DNA of 64,000 bases from the NCBI GenBank assembly GCA_013265495.1, contig MU057947.1, forward strand, positions 1,002,048-1,066,047. The letters are read 5' to 3'. The notes under the pieces were generated by a model, which saw only the letters and a program-made list of their open reading frames with translations, was not told where the DNA came from and ran no database searches. Position numbers and translations under genes: made by a program. This document shows, piece after piece, positions 23,626 to 36,900 of the stretch (positions are counted from its first letter, which is position 1; every line of letters begins with the position of its first letter). Source of the DNA: Vicugna vicugna. Its lineage: Eukaryota.

Positions 23626-26600
23626 AAGAAATGGCGAATTCTCTTTGGCATTGACCCTTGAGCCCCCAGTAAACCTGGAAGCTCATCAGCGCATGTGATA
23701 AACTGGCGCTGGATCTCAGGTCAGGCTGCAGCGTGTGGGGGACCTGGGGGCTTTCGCTGCAGGCGCCTGGGTCATCCTGTGCGCTGGGAGCTGGGGCATC
23801 TCCCCCGGCCCCGAGCCCCTGGTTCTCCTGTGAACAGGGGCGGTACCATCAGCACCTTTCCAAGCGTGGAAGCCGGGGGACGAGGAAAGCCTGAGAGTGT
23901 GTGTTTGCATCAGGTGACTGTCTTTGCTCTAGGTCCCCAGGTACCAGGGTGAGGTCCCTGCGACTAGGGTGCCTGCACGTGCCAGCTCAGCTGGTCCAGC
24001 CCAGTGCCTGCCTGCAGAGTGAGTAGTGGGACCCTCTGGCCATTCTCTAGAGCGTCTCCTTGTGTGGGTGACATTATTGGGCTGTCCTGATACAAGATGC
24101 CGGAATGAACCCCAGCTCCTCTTCGTGTGCAAAGGCTTCTGCCCTCAGCCGCTGGGAGGCTGCCCTCAGGTCATCCCTCTCTGGGAATGGCCCTCCGCTG
24201 GCTGAGGTCAGGCACCTTCCTGGGGCATCAGCTCCACCAGCCCCTCTGACGAGTGTCCGGTACCAGAGCTCCCTGAGGATGGACTGAGGCCTTTGTGGGA
24301 GCCAGTGACAGCCCATGCCTCCCCTGCCCCTGCGGGTTGGTGCTCAGAGCATCCCTGTAAACCTTCTGGACACTGGTCTCCATCCCAGCACCGGCTCCCC
24401 CGGAAAGACCTCCAACGGCGGATGCTAAGATGGGGTTGGGAGCTGGCAGTGAGGACCCGCACTTGTGGTGGCAGTGAGGCCTGGCCTGGCCCAGGGTCCC
24501 TCACTGGAACTTTCAGGGGTGGTGAGCTGGAGAAGGTGAGGGACACGCCTGTGGGTGTTGGAGGAGTCCCGACAGGTCCTCCAAGAGCCCCCAAGCTGTT
24601 GTAATTGTCCCGCTTTGCTGGCGACTTTGTCCAGTCCTTGGTGGTCGCAGAGGAAGCACTGAACCTCCTCCTGGTTTCCCCAAGTCTGCACAATTAACCT
24701 CTTTCCAGTTGAGACCGAGAATGACCATTTGTTCCTAGATCTTAATTGGTTCTTAACCCTTGAAAGAATCTTACTGTGACCCTCCCCTAAGGAAGTCCTC
24801 AGCCTTTCTGCGGGGCTTGAAAGTCAGAATAATTCCCGCCGATTATTTGAATGTTCTCCTTGCAGGAGTCGCACGGGCAGCAGTCAGCAGCCGGATGCGG
24901 CTTCCCTCCTTCCCTCCTTCGAGCTCCGGGGTTGTGTCAGCCTGGAGAGCCCCGCCCGCTGCTCTGGCCCCGCACCCACCGCCGTCCACCTCCTCTTCCC
25001 TGTCTGGTGGCTCTGGGGCTTGCAGCTGTCAGGCTGATAGCTCGGTGGCTCCTCCACGTGTGGTCCCGTGTCTCATGCCCGGTGCTCTGAGTGGCAGGGG
25101 TCCCTAAGTGCCTGCTGTGGTCTGAGCGTTGGTTAGTGGGTACCCGCTGTGGTCTGTGCTTGGGTAGCAGGTCTCGGCCACCCTGCCTGGCTCAGGCCTG
25201 CCGGGCTGGCTCAGAGGTGGTGTCTGGTGTACAAACTGTCCACCCACGGGGGCCAGAAGCCCAGTGTCCTTGGTTTGGCCTGGGGTTCAGGTGGTTTTCT
25301 GGTCCATTGCCTCATTCAGGGAAGCAGTGTTCTCCACGTCTGTGGCCACAGTGGGTGACGTCCAGGCCAGGAGGCACCCTCATGGTTGTGGGCAAGGCCT
25401 GCTGACAGCCCTCAGCCCAGGGCCATGCTCTGTGTACCTGCGGACCCTTGGCTGGGTGTGCACGAGGGTCCTGCCCCAGCCGGCCCTCCAGTGAGGCTCT
25501 CGGGTGAGGCCCTCCTGGCTTCTTGTCTTTCTGACGTTGGCGGCCAACGCTGAGAAACACTGCTGAGAATGTAATGTTACAGATCCCTCAAATACTGTTG
25601 TTTCATGTTGAAGATGCTGGCCCGGAGACTTAATCAGTCTTGAAGGTCACAGAGCGTTTATGAAGCCAATTTGGAAAGGCGCTTGTGATGAACACAGACT
25701 TATGGACATTTTTCTGTTTCTTGTGGGTTTTCACTATTCAACAATGAAATTTATCTCACACTTTTGTTCTCATTTTCCTCCAAAGATAATTATGTGTGGT
25801 ATGCTCTGGTGTGCTGAGTTCCCCTTCCTCGTTCCTTGACTTTGAAAATGGGACGGTGTTATAAATTGTACAATAAAAAGCTGATTCTGTATCGAATGAA
25901 ACAAAAAGGCTCTTTTTCTAATTGCATCTGTTAATCTCGTACATGTCTTCATTAGGGCCTTTGGTATATTGGAAACATGCATCAAAGTTGGCAATTAAGA
26001 AGGCATCCTCATCACACACGGGTTAATACATCTTTCTCAAGTCTGCACCCAGGACGCCGCCTATCCCTCTCTCTTGGCTGAGACAAGTGTCCGCATCTTG
26101 GGGTGCATAGACTTGTGTGTGGGGGGTGCTGCGAGCCAAGCACTTTACATGTCCTTAGCTTCCCAGCAAAACCGAGTGCTAACCCAGACTCCCTTCTGCA
26201 GACGGGGACCGGGTTCAGAGAGGTAAGGAGAGGCACTGGGCGCCCGACAGGGATTTGAGCCTGAGCCCCGCTGTTCCCCGTCAAGCACGGGCTTCTCAGC
26301 CTGAGGGACAGGTGCCCCCAGGAACAGTCAGGAAGCAAGGTGTCTTAGAGTGTTTGTCCTTTTCCCCAGCGGGGACTCAGTCCATGGCTGCCTCTGGTCC
26401 TCCTGCTGGTCAGTGGAGGAGCTTGGCCCCCTTCCGGCTGGTCCCCTCCAGCACCATGGACAGAGGAGGGAGGGGACGGGGCGAGGAGGGGGCCGGGGGA
26501 GGGAGAGGGGAGAGGATGGGGAGAGAACATTTAAAACCTCCGTCTCTGCTAAATGTAGACATTTGGCTTCAAGAGCTCAGAGGAATTAGGAGAACTTTTA

Positions 26601-27244
26601 AGTGGAAAAGAAAACAGTGAAGTAACAGTTTATTCGTCTCGTTGAGGAAAGAATGATGGGAATTTATTTTCCAAAGGAGCTGGGTTTTCAGTCAGACGCT
26701 GATGAACAGGCCTGCTCGAGTCTTACTCAGAATTTTGAGGGGCTTTATTTTCCTGTTGCTGCTGCCATGGAGAGCGGCGTAGCTCAGTGTGTTTTTACCA
26801 TTATTTTCGTTCTTAATTAACTCTGCCGGCCAGATGCGGCATTTATAAAAGGACTGTCCTGTGCAGAGGCCACGTTCACCTGAGAAGGCGTCCTGCTGCG
26901 AGTGGGGGGGAGGCGGTCCCGAAGGGCCCCCACGCTTGCCCCGGCCCTGGAGCGTCCTGCGCCCGGTGGTCAGAAGCGGGGTTTCCAGGCTGGCGCACTG
27001 GCCTAGCATCAGGCTGGCAGAGCAGGTAGGGCCGATGTTTGCTGGCAGGAGGAAGCCTTTGAGGCACCACCCCTGGGCCCAAGAGCGCGGCTGGGGGACG
27101 TGCCAGCCCTGCCCGGGGGAGGGGGCTTTGCATCACCAGTGAGTCTTCCTGAGGCACCGGCACCTGCCGCCCGGTCGGGCAGCACAGGCGTAACTGCGAG
27201 AAACACGAGACCCCTCCGGCTGGACGTTTCAGTGCTTCCGTGTG

Positions 27245-27395
27245 GCCGGCACTGTGCTCCGCCTTCTCAGATGCTTAATTCTCACTCAGTCCTCTGAACA
27301 GCATTGTGGGTTATTGTTCTTACTTGAAAGATGAGAAAACTGACACTTAAAGAATTTAAGAATCTTGACCGAAGCTGTATAACTAATAAACCAGA
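27245..27395 (-). mobile_element. MIR SINE fragment
   Basis: ttgaaagatgagaaaactgacacttaaagaatttaagaatcttgaccgaag resembles the reversed MIR core. Confidence 0.6.
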
Positions 27396-27754
27396 AATTC
27401 AGGAACAACAGAAATCCTAAATACTGGGCTTACCGTGTGATGTGTATCAGTGTACACGTGGAATGCACTTTAGAACATTCTAGAATGTGAGTTCACGTTG
27501 AGTGTTTTCTACCGCCAGGCACTGTGGCGGTTTCAGGAGCAAAGGTGAATGAGGCCCAGTCACCCCAGCCCTCAGGGTCTGCAGGACCAGGGTGGACGAG
27601 TGCCAGCTGGGATGCTGGGGGCGGCCCCATGCTGGGGGCGCTGCTCTGGACACTCGACAGCCCCCTGTACTCAGAAGTCATCAGCACAAGTTCAGGCGGC
27701 AGACGCCCTCGAGCGGGGTTGGGTGAGCCGGCTCTGGGTGGGACCCGGAAGAAC

Positions 27755-27915
27755 ATTCTGGCCCAGCACTGTTCTTCCTGTGTGGCTGGCACAAATTACT
27801 TGACCTCTCTGAGCTGTTGCCGTCTCATCTGTCATAGGAGGTGGCGACAGCGGCTGCTTGGAGGCTTAGTGAGTGTTGGCACGTGACATTCCTAGTGCAG
27901 GCCTGCAGACGTATG
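27755..27915 (+). mobile_element. MIR SINE fragment
   Basis: ctgtgtggctggcacaaattacttgacctctctgagctg...tctcatctgtcatagg. Confidence 0.6.
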
Positions 27916-30900
27916 GGCTGTTACAACTGTTACTCATCCACACATACTTCTGGAGAACGTGTTTCCCTTTTTCTTTAAAAATTACAGAGGTAATATGTAC
28001 TCACTCTGAAGTTCCAACAAGGTAGGGGCGTTTAGTTGTAAAGCAGTCTGCAAACCTGTGTCAGGCTTTGCCTGCACCTCCGGACTGGAAACCACTGCCA
28101 GCGCTGGCAGGTCACTGCCCAGGTCTTCATCCCCAGGTGCTTACACCTGGCGTTGGATCCAGATGTGCACGCTCTTCTGTTTATCTTTGCATCATTGAAA
28201 TCCAGCAGTGCTCATTATTCTGCACAAGCGGCGGCACGCATCCTCGCCACACTTGTGTCATTAGATGTACAGCGTCAGCATTTACAAGTTCTGTCTTTCC
28301 TGTGGCATAAGCTTCCTCAGGTTTTAAGTCACTCCCTTACCTGATGGGGTCTGGTCTGCATCCTCCCCACCCCCACTTTTCAGTTAGCAAGAATGTTGCA
28401 TCAGACATCCCTGTACATTCATCTTTCATTTGGGGGAAGGTTTGGGTTTAGTGAAAGAAAAGCCAGCACGTTCAGTGTCTGCGCAGTGGTGCTCCGAGAA
28501 CTGGCTGGTGAGTCAGCGCCCCGTCCCCGGGGTAGTCCAGTGGGGCAGGCTGGCGTCTGTTAGGGGACCAGAGGGATGGCTGGGCTGTGGGTGCATAGCT
28601 CTGCTCTTGAAGAATTTTGGCAGTGGAATTAGGAGTCTAAATAGACTTGTCAATGGCAAAAACGAAATGGTGAGAATTATATTAAGGAAATTATATTAAG
28701 AGAATTAAATATTAATTGACAAATCGGAGTGCATCTGAGGGAGGAGTTTCAGGCTGGTGAAAGATTTCAAAACTGTGTTTCAAGTAGCAGGGATGTTCAG
28801 CCTGAAAAAGAGTGGGGGCCACCCTCAGGGACCACCCTCGGGGAACACCTTGGAAGGACATCACAGAAGAATGAAACCTTTTTTCTGTGGCTTCAGAGGG
28901 TGGAGGCGAAACTGAGGAATACAACTCAGAGGCGGCCGACTTAGACACAAAATGCAGAAGGACCTTTTAAGATGCAGACTCAGCTCCTGAAGGGCTGGGC
29001 TGAACTTCCAAGCCCAGGCAGGGGGTGGGGTGGGTCCAGACAAAGTCCTCTCTTCTCTGCCCCCGACTCAAGTGCGTGACAAGTCAGCTGTTAAGAAAAT
29101 AAACAGAAGTAACCATATTCAGTAGGAAGAGGGAGGCGCCCAGGCCCGGGGTGGAGCGAAGGCCCAGGGGTGAGCTGAGGCCAGAGCGGAGGGTTGGTGG
29201 TGGGGGCGGGGCAGAGCGTGGGACCAAGGCTTTTCAAACCCAAATGCTTCCTGTAAGATCAGCTTTCAACCACACAGCCTGCAGGCCAGGCTGAGGCAAC
29301 TGCAAAATCAGGTAACAGGGAAAAAGTCCACGGCACACGTTGCAGACAAAATGATAAATCCCAGGAGGAGACTCATGGCCCTGAGGAACTTTCAGGAGAT
29401 GACCCGCGTGGAGAACGCACACCCAGGGAAAAAGAAATAACAACAGCCGGCAAACAGCTCTCCGGGGCAGGGCTCAGAATTCTCAAGGGGACTGAGGAGG
29501 AAACAGAATCCTTGAAATGGGAGCAGGAGGGTGTTAAGCTGCTTGGGTCGGATTCCCGTAGAGCGAACCCCGGGAGGGAGACGTCTGTGCGGGGCGTTTG
29601 TCTAGGGGTCCCGGAGCTGTGCGTGCGAGGACGCAAGGGGAGACGGGGCAGAACGAGGGGCTGAATGCGGTGCTGCCACAGCAGGGGCCACACAAGCCCA
29701 GGGATGCTTGCCTCTTGGATGGCTCTTGGAATCGTCCCCGGGGGGCAGGGGCGTCGGTGCCCCTGGGCAGGACAGCTGTGTTCAGCGGGGCTTGGAGGCC
29801 GGAGCTTGGTTCTGCGGTAGTCTTGGCACAGATGCTGCCTCCGCATTCTGTGGACACCGTGGTGGCTTCAGGTGGGTGTCTGGGGCCCAGATGTCTCATT
29901 TTTTTGTTTCTTGATGCAATGCTTAGACGTGACGATCAGATTTCTGCTTTCTGCAGATGTTGTTTCTCTTGTGTTACAACCTAATCAAACGGCCCCCAGC
30001 TATACAGCACTTGGAAGCAGACACTCAACTACGAGGAAATTTTTCCAGCTAAGAAGCCGTGCACGGCAGTGCTTATGTTTATTTCATCATTGCTGTTGTC
30101 TGAAATCATTCACAGGTAAGAAAAACAGAAATTTCTGGCTGGGAAAAGGTAATAGATAGAGCCCGAAGCCAGCTGGAATCACGGAAGACCGTGCGCCTTC
30201 AGGCAGAGGTGCTTGCCCGGCTGTCGCCAGTGCAGAGCTGGCCCCGCGGTCCCTGGGCCGCAGGAGGTCTGACCCCTCCTCCCCTGCCAGGTCCGGAGTC
30301 CACAAAACCAGGCGGTGTGCACTTTTGTGACTTTGGGATGTCTTAAATGCTTGCTTGTCTGCAGTTCTCTGGCTGTCATGGCCCTGCCCTGTGGATATGG
30401 AGACCTGGAGACCCTTACTCGGAACAAATGGTCCTGGAGATTCAGGGTTGGCACTGAGAAGGGGCCCAGGCATTTTACCCACAGGGGTCTTGCCATGGAG
30501 CCAAACTTGGGTCCCGCGTGCAGTAAAGCCAACCTACTCACCCCGGCTGTGGTGGAGGAAGGTGCAGTGTTCAGTGGAGGCGCCCGGCGAGGAGGACGGG
30601 CCGCTGGTGCTGAAGAGACCCGAGCTCCCCGAAGGCTTTCAGGGAAAGGTTTTTAAAGGCAGGCTGAGGGGGGGTGCGGGGTGTGACCAGCTCCTGGACG
30701 CCCTTCAGGCTGGGTGGAGGCGAGGGCGCCGGGGTCAGCGCCCGCAACCTTCCGGCCCCAGCTGGTCTGGGCTCCGCGTGCTGGTGGGCAGCACCGCCTG
30801 GGGGGGCTCCGTCTCTGCCAGACAGCTCTAGGCCAGGGCGCGGGTCGCCGGGTGCAGCCCGTGGGGAGGAGCCAGAGGTCCTTGACTTTGTTTATGGCTA

Positions 30901-31324
30901 AACTGTTACTGTTTTGTCTTGCTTGGCTGTTCTCCTTTGTTTCTGCATTTTCTCACTTCTCTGTTTATATTTACTCTGTAAGTTGCAGAAGGCCTAGGAG
31001 GCGGAAGCTTTCTCCAAAAGGCAGGCGGAGGACGGAGGGTGGGGAGAGGTGGGGGTGGGGTGGGGCTTCTGTCCCGAGAAGGCCCCTGGGGTCCTGCCTG
31101 GTCATGGTCTCGGTTTTCGGACCCCTCTGCTTTGGCAGAGCCCCTCCCTCCCCCTGACCTGCAGGAGGGTTGCTCCAGGACCGGGAGCAGTTCCCCGGGG
31201 GCTCAGTAGAAACCAGTTTCTGTCCTCTCCCCCCTTGTGTAGTTCTTTCCCCAGGTGAGCCGTCAGGGCAGGAACGTGAGGACCGCTGTTTGTTTTCCCG
31301 CTGGCCAAACATCTGTTTGTCAAC

Positions 31325-31771
31325 TGTGTGGGTTTCTTGGGGCTGCTGTGACAAATGACCACAACCTGGGCAGCTTAAAACACCAGGAGTTCATTCTCTC
31401 ACAGTCTGAGGTCGGAAGTCCGAAATCGAGGTGTCGGTGGGGCTGGGCTCTCTCCAGAAGCTCTGGGTGGCGCGGGGGGGATCTTTCATCTTCTGCTTCT
31501 GGTGGCTCCAGGTGTCCTTGGTTTGTGACCCTGTCACCCCCATCTCCGCCTCTGTCTTTACCTGGCCGTCTTCCCTGCGTCTTCTCTCCTTCTGTCCCTT
31601 GAAAGGACACTTGTTGCTGGATTAGGCCCCCCCAGGGTGATCAGGATGGTCTCATCTCAAGATCCTTGATTTAATTACATCTGCAAAGACTCTATTTCCA
31701 AATAAGGCTGACGTCACAGGCTCTGGACAGGATGTGGACACATCTTTTGAGGCCACTGTGTGACCACTGCA
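31325..31771 (-). mobile_element. MLT1C-like MaLR solo LTR
   Basis: gggctgctgtgacaaatgaccacaacctgggcagcttaaaaca...ttaattacatctgcaaagactctatttccaaataagg is the reverse complement of MLT1C hallmarks. Confidence 0.85.
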
Positions 31772-32770
31772 TCACCCAAGGTGCATATGAACCCGCGGAC
31801 TTGAGCGCACGCCCTGAGTTTGGGCGCGGTCAGTAGTTTCACGGCCAAGGACGAAAACCGGATGGGCTTTCTGAGGCTGGAAGGTCCTGGGGCTGAGCTG
31901 AGTGCGTGAACGTCAGGACGGCCAGAGGGCTTGCTCCCTAGGCCTGGGGAAGCTGGTGCGGTGTTTGAGAGATGGGGGTCGGGGAGGGGTGAGGACGCGG
32001 GGGTCTGCCCCGGCTGGGCTGCTCTGGGGCTGTGTCCTCCAGTCAGAGCCCGCTGCCTCGGCCTGGGCGAGCTGGAGGGCCGGGGCGGCGTGCCGGAGGG
32101 CAGAGCTTGGTCCTCATGGGGCTGGCTCTCGCCCTGCCCTCCGAGGGGTTGGCTGCACTCTGGGTTGACGAGGGGCTGCGGCTGTGGTTGGTGAGAGAGG
32201 CCTGTGCCCTTGCTGTATCAGGGCCCCGGTGACGACCTAGGGTTGAGACAGCAGGAGGGCAGTGGGCCCCCCCTCTCCCCCGCCCCAGTGGTCCTTTACA
32301 GGGCTGCTCTGGCTGTTCTCCGCCTGCCTGGAGCCGGCTCTCCAGCCCCCTCACCCTGGGCCTCCCGCCACCCTAGGGAGGCCTTGGTCGGCGGCACACT
32401 CGTCCCCCCGCCCCTGCCCTCGCTGGTCCTCTGTCGTGTCTGCAGGGGCTGCACTGGGGCTTCCCCGGGTCCTGGGCGCTTTAGCTTCTGGGGGCCCTTC
32501 CTCCATAAACACATAGTAAAATTGTATTTTCTGACTGTGTTAGTATAAAGACGGACAGGATGCCGAAGTTATGAGTCCTGCTTACTGGGAGAAGTGAAGC
32601 ATTTCCAGGGCCCTGGCCCGAGCCTGGTGCGGCCAGCGGTTGGGTGGGCCAACTGCCCTCCTGCCCGGGGGCCCTGCCTGGAGCTCCTTCAGTGACAGGA
32701 CAGCAGTCACACTCACTGTCCCCCTGCCCGTCCCGCACCCCCGCACCCCCACAGGGAAAAAACTGCACTT

Positions 32771-33947
32771 AAAAAAATCCTGAACTGTAGTTGATTTACA
32801 ATATTGCATTAGTTTCAGGTGTACAGCACATATATACATAGTGTGTGTGTGTGTATATATACACACATATAACTAAATATACATATATATTTTTTTCAGA
32901 TTAGCTTCCACTTTCGGTTACCGCAAGACACTGAGTAGAGCTCCCTGGGTGTGCGGTGAGTCCTCGCTGCTGGTCTGCTTCCTGCTTAGTGGTGTGGCTC
33001 TGTTACCCCACACTCCTGATTTATCCCTCCCTCCGCCTTTCGCCTTGGTGACCACAGGTTTGTGTTCTGGATCTGCGAGCCGGTTTCTGCTTTGTACAGA
33101 GATTGATTTCTGTTATTGTTTTAGATTCCGCATGTAAGTGATACCGTATTTGTCTTTCTCTGTCTGGCTTACTTCATTCAGTACGACGATCCCCAGCTCC
33201 ATCCATGTTGCTGCGAGCGGCATTGTGTTCATCTTTTTCTGTGGCTGAGTGTGTTCCATCGTGTGCATACGGCATCTGATCGTGGGCACTTGGGCTGTTT
33301 CTGAGTCTTGGCTGTTGTAAGTACCGCTGCTGCGACCACTGGGGTGCACGTGTCTTTTCAAACTAGAGTTTTCGTCTTTTCTGGTTGTGTGCCCAGGAGT
33401 GCGACTGCTGGACATATACGGTAGTTATACCTTTAGTTTTCTGAGCGCCCTTCATGCTGTTCTCCACAGTGGCTGCCCCACCACAGTGCACTCCCACCAG
33501 CAGTGTCGGAGGGCCCCCTTTTCTCCACACCCTCTCTGGCATTTATTGTTTGTAGACTTTTTGATGATGGCCATTCTGACTGGTGTGAGGTGATACCTCA
33601 TTGTGGTTTTGATTTGCATTTCTCTGATAATTAACGATACTGAGCAATTTTTCATGTCCCTGTTGGCCATCTGGATGCCTTCTTTGGAGAAACGTCTGCT
33701 TAGGTCTTCTGCCTGCTTTTTAACTGGGTGGTTTGCCTTTTTGATATTGAGCTGTGTGAGCTATTTGTATATTTTGGAAATTAACCCCTTGTCAGTCACA
33801 TGATTTGCAAATATCTTCTCCCATCCTGTAGAATGTCTTTCCGTTTTACTGATGGTTTCCTCTGCTGTGCAAAAGCTTTTAAGTTCGGTTGAGTCCCACT
33901 TGTTTAATTTTTGTTTTTATTTCTTTTGCCTTGGGAGACTGATCTAA
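32771..33947 (-). mobile_element. 5'-truncated cetartiodactyl L1 (ORF2 C-terminus plus 3' UTR) with target-site duplication
   Basis: ORF 33452-33670(-) [33 protein letters not shown]...HCWWEC is the L1 ORF2p C-terminal cysteine-rich region. Flanks gaaaaaactgcactt (32756-32770) and gaacacactgcactt (33948-33962) form a TSD. ORF2 is broken by stops and frameshifts. Confidence 0.92.
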
Positions 33948-36900
33948 GAACACACTGCACTTTTGAGTAAACAAATGTCAGAATGACTCCTGACCCCAGT
34001 GGTTTTGGGCGCCCGCGGGGGTTTTGCGTTGCTCCTAAGTCTAATGATTTTTATTACTCTAAGATTTTACATCGACCATTACCGTAGCAGTTGGGAACTT
34101 AATTGGCAAAATTAAGGACACACACTTAAGAATGTACAGTAAATATTTGCTGATGGATTAACGCAGGCCTGTCCTGCTGGGCCATCTGGTACAGTGTCTG
34201 TCTGAAATGTACCCCGATGTCGGAGGGAGCTGCGAGGGAGCCTCTTCCCTGGACTGGACTTTCTCTGGTGCTCTGGGGGGTGACAGCTCTTGGCAAAAGG
34301 TGGACAGGGTTGGTGGAATTTGGATCCATGAAAGCAGGAGAGGGGAGAGGGGATGAAACTTAACCTAGAGCCACTCTCTGACTCCTGGGTGTCGGTGTGA
34401 CAGCTGGGGTCTGGGAAAACAAACCTGCCATCGCTGGCGTCCTGGTGAGGATGTCAGTCGGGGGTGATGGCCAAGGGAAACCCGTGGGTCTCCTGCTAAC
34501 ACATCCCTAGCGCCCGCAGTGCCGCCGGGCCAGGTGCGGCTGTGGCAGGAGGGCGCCCCCCCCTCCGGCGCACGGACTCTTGGCGCACGGTGTCCTGGGG
34601 CGATTGTTGCCCTGAACGGCAGGCGGGATTACGGGGTGCTGCCAGGGTCCCCCCAAAGTTTGTAAGCCCCTGTCCCCTTGAGAATTCTGAATTGACCCCA
34701 AGTGGAGGGAATACCAGGAGGATTTAAAAAAAATCAAACAAAACCACAGGACCTCATCGTTGTGGTTCTCTGGGTTCATGGTCTGCGCGCTTACAGACCC
34801 CCCCACTGGGCAGAGGACCTTTAGTGCTCCCCCCTCAGGTCATCGTGGGGGCCAGGGATGGGGGCCCAGCCCGGTGTCCAGCCCCTCCCAGGACAGCCAT
34901 TCCCCGAGGGACCTGCAGAGGGACACCCTGTTTCACGCTGTGGGTTCTTCTGTGTGAGCTTTTCCTGGGATGGGCGAGGGGAGAAGTGGGTGAACCGGGC
35001 TCAGTCTGCAGCTTCAGCCTGACCTGAGCTTCAGCATGGGTCACCTCCCTGGGTGGGCCGGGAAGCATCTAGACGGCAGCCTTGTCGCCTGAGCTGGTCC
35101 TGCCCAACCAGAGTGACCTCAGGACCGGCTGGAGCGGGAGCGTCTTGGCGTGGGAAGGAGGCTGTTTTCAAGGGAAAACTGCGTGGCCAGCCCCCCTTGT
35201 GAATTCTGGGATGGCCCCCCTGCTGCGTGTGGAGCCCTCAGGCCAGGGTGTGAGGAGCTGGTGCTTGGGAGACATGTTTCATGAATTCGTATTTCTGCGT
35301 GTTTTCCTTCTAAACCCGGTTTGTCATGTAATAGATCTGTTCCCAGACGGCCAAGCTCGGAATCACAGGAAGAGCTTAAAACTGCACATCTCCAGGCCCA
35401 TCCCAGAGGCTCTGAGGGGCCTGGGAGTCTGTATGCTCAACAGTCTTGTCCCTGCCACCCCCGCTGTGTGTATTTCTAAAACTTCAGGGCAGTGTTTTGG
35501 CCAGCTGAATTGAACGAAGAGGAAGGAGAAGGAAAGAGAAGCAGCTGAGACACCGCAGCTTCCCTCTTTGCGCGATGACACAGCCCCGACTCGGTGGCCG
35601 CCTGGCCTGCTTCAGCACTTGTAGGAAGTGCAGGTTCCAGCCCCACCCTGGAACCACTGCACTGGCCTGGCATCTAGAGTGTGCATCTTGGAGACGACCC
35701 GGGGGCTCTGTGCTGCGGGCCTGTCGATGGTGCTCACGTCAGGCCACAGTAGCTGTAAAGGGCCCCCGTGGGGCAGGCCCTAAGCACTTTCCCTGAGCAT
35801 GCAGACCCGGCTGCCGGGGCCTGGCAAGGACCACACAGTGCCCTTCTAGTGTGGGCAGGACGGCACTGAGAGCCCCAGGTTTTTCCACTGCCTGGCCACC
35901 CCCAGCCCCGCCGTCACGCTGGGCCCCTGGTCCTCCGCCCTGTGGCCCATGAAAAGCTCACAGCCCTGCGGGGGCAGCGAATGGACAGTGGAGACGTGGC
36001 ATTCATTAATAATGCAGTCCGGGAGTCAGCTGCGGGGCCATCAATTAAAACAGGATCCCGCCAGCTTCTGACACAAAATCAATGCCATGAGCATCAGTCG
36101 AGTGGCTAGGGGTGGGGGGCTTTGCTGTGCCCCCGAGGGCTGGGCCACGTGGCTTGCTCAGCTTGCTGCCCCTCTGTGCAGACCCGCGCCAGCTCCTCGG
36201 AGGGCCCAGAGGGTGGGGAGGGGCTGGCCACCCGCATGCCCTCTGGATGGGCCTGGTGGGGGATGGGCTAGGGGTGTCTCTGCAGGTGCGGGCACCTCCC
36301 CGGAAGCCTGGTTCCTGGTCTGGGGCAGCGTCTGTACTGAGCACTGGCCCCAAGTTTGCTGCAAAAGCCAATCAGCTCTTGGGCAGACAAGCTTGGAGTC
36401 CCCGGAGGTCCCATCCGACTTGCCTTCTTTGGTGCCTTGTTGCATTTGCATTTGTTTAACGAATTTGAGTCAAAGCTGATTTCCTTTTAGGTGCAGTCAC
36501 ACGCTGTGGTGGGGTGTGCACTGGGTAGCTTTTCTGGAAGACAGCACACACCAAGCAGCATGTACACAGCCCTTGATGGGTGATTCCGCGGCCAGGAAGG
36601 TGTTACGCCCCCGCTCGACAAGCGGCCTTCGGTACGCATCTCGGCTGCGCTCCTGGTGGTAAAAGCGTGCAGGCAGCCGCGTGTTCTCCATTATGACTTA
36701 GCGCAAGTGCAATATGGCGAGCCATATAGTGGCATATTGTACCGTGATTAAAATGCAACACTCTAGAAGAGAGTTGATCATGTGGGGAGATTTTGTAATA
36801 GGTAACATTTTAAAAGGCATTAAAAGAGCAGATAAGGTAAATCTTATTTTGTTTGGAGATGAGAAATAAAAACAGTAGACCTGATTGTGCTGGTGTGTGG

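Noticed and set aside
35370..35720. Possible MER5-type DNA transposon fragments (also ~55230-55390) and L2 fragments (~2250, ~6350-6500, ~8250, ~28600)
   Set aside because: Similarity is too decayed to set boundaries or family by eye; needs RepeatMasker.
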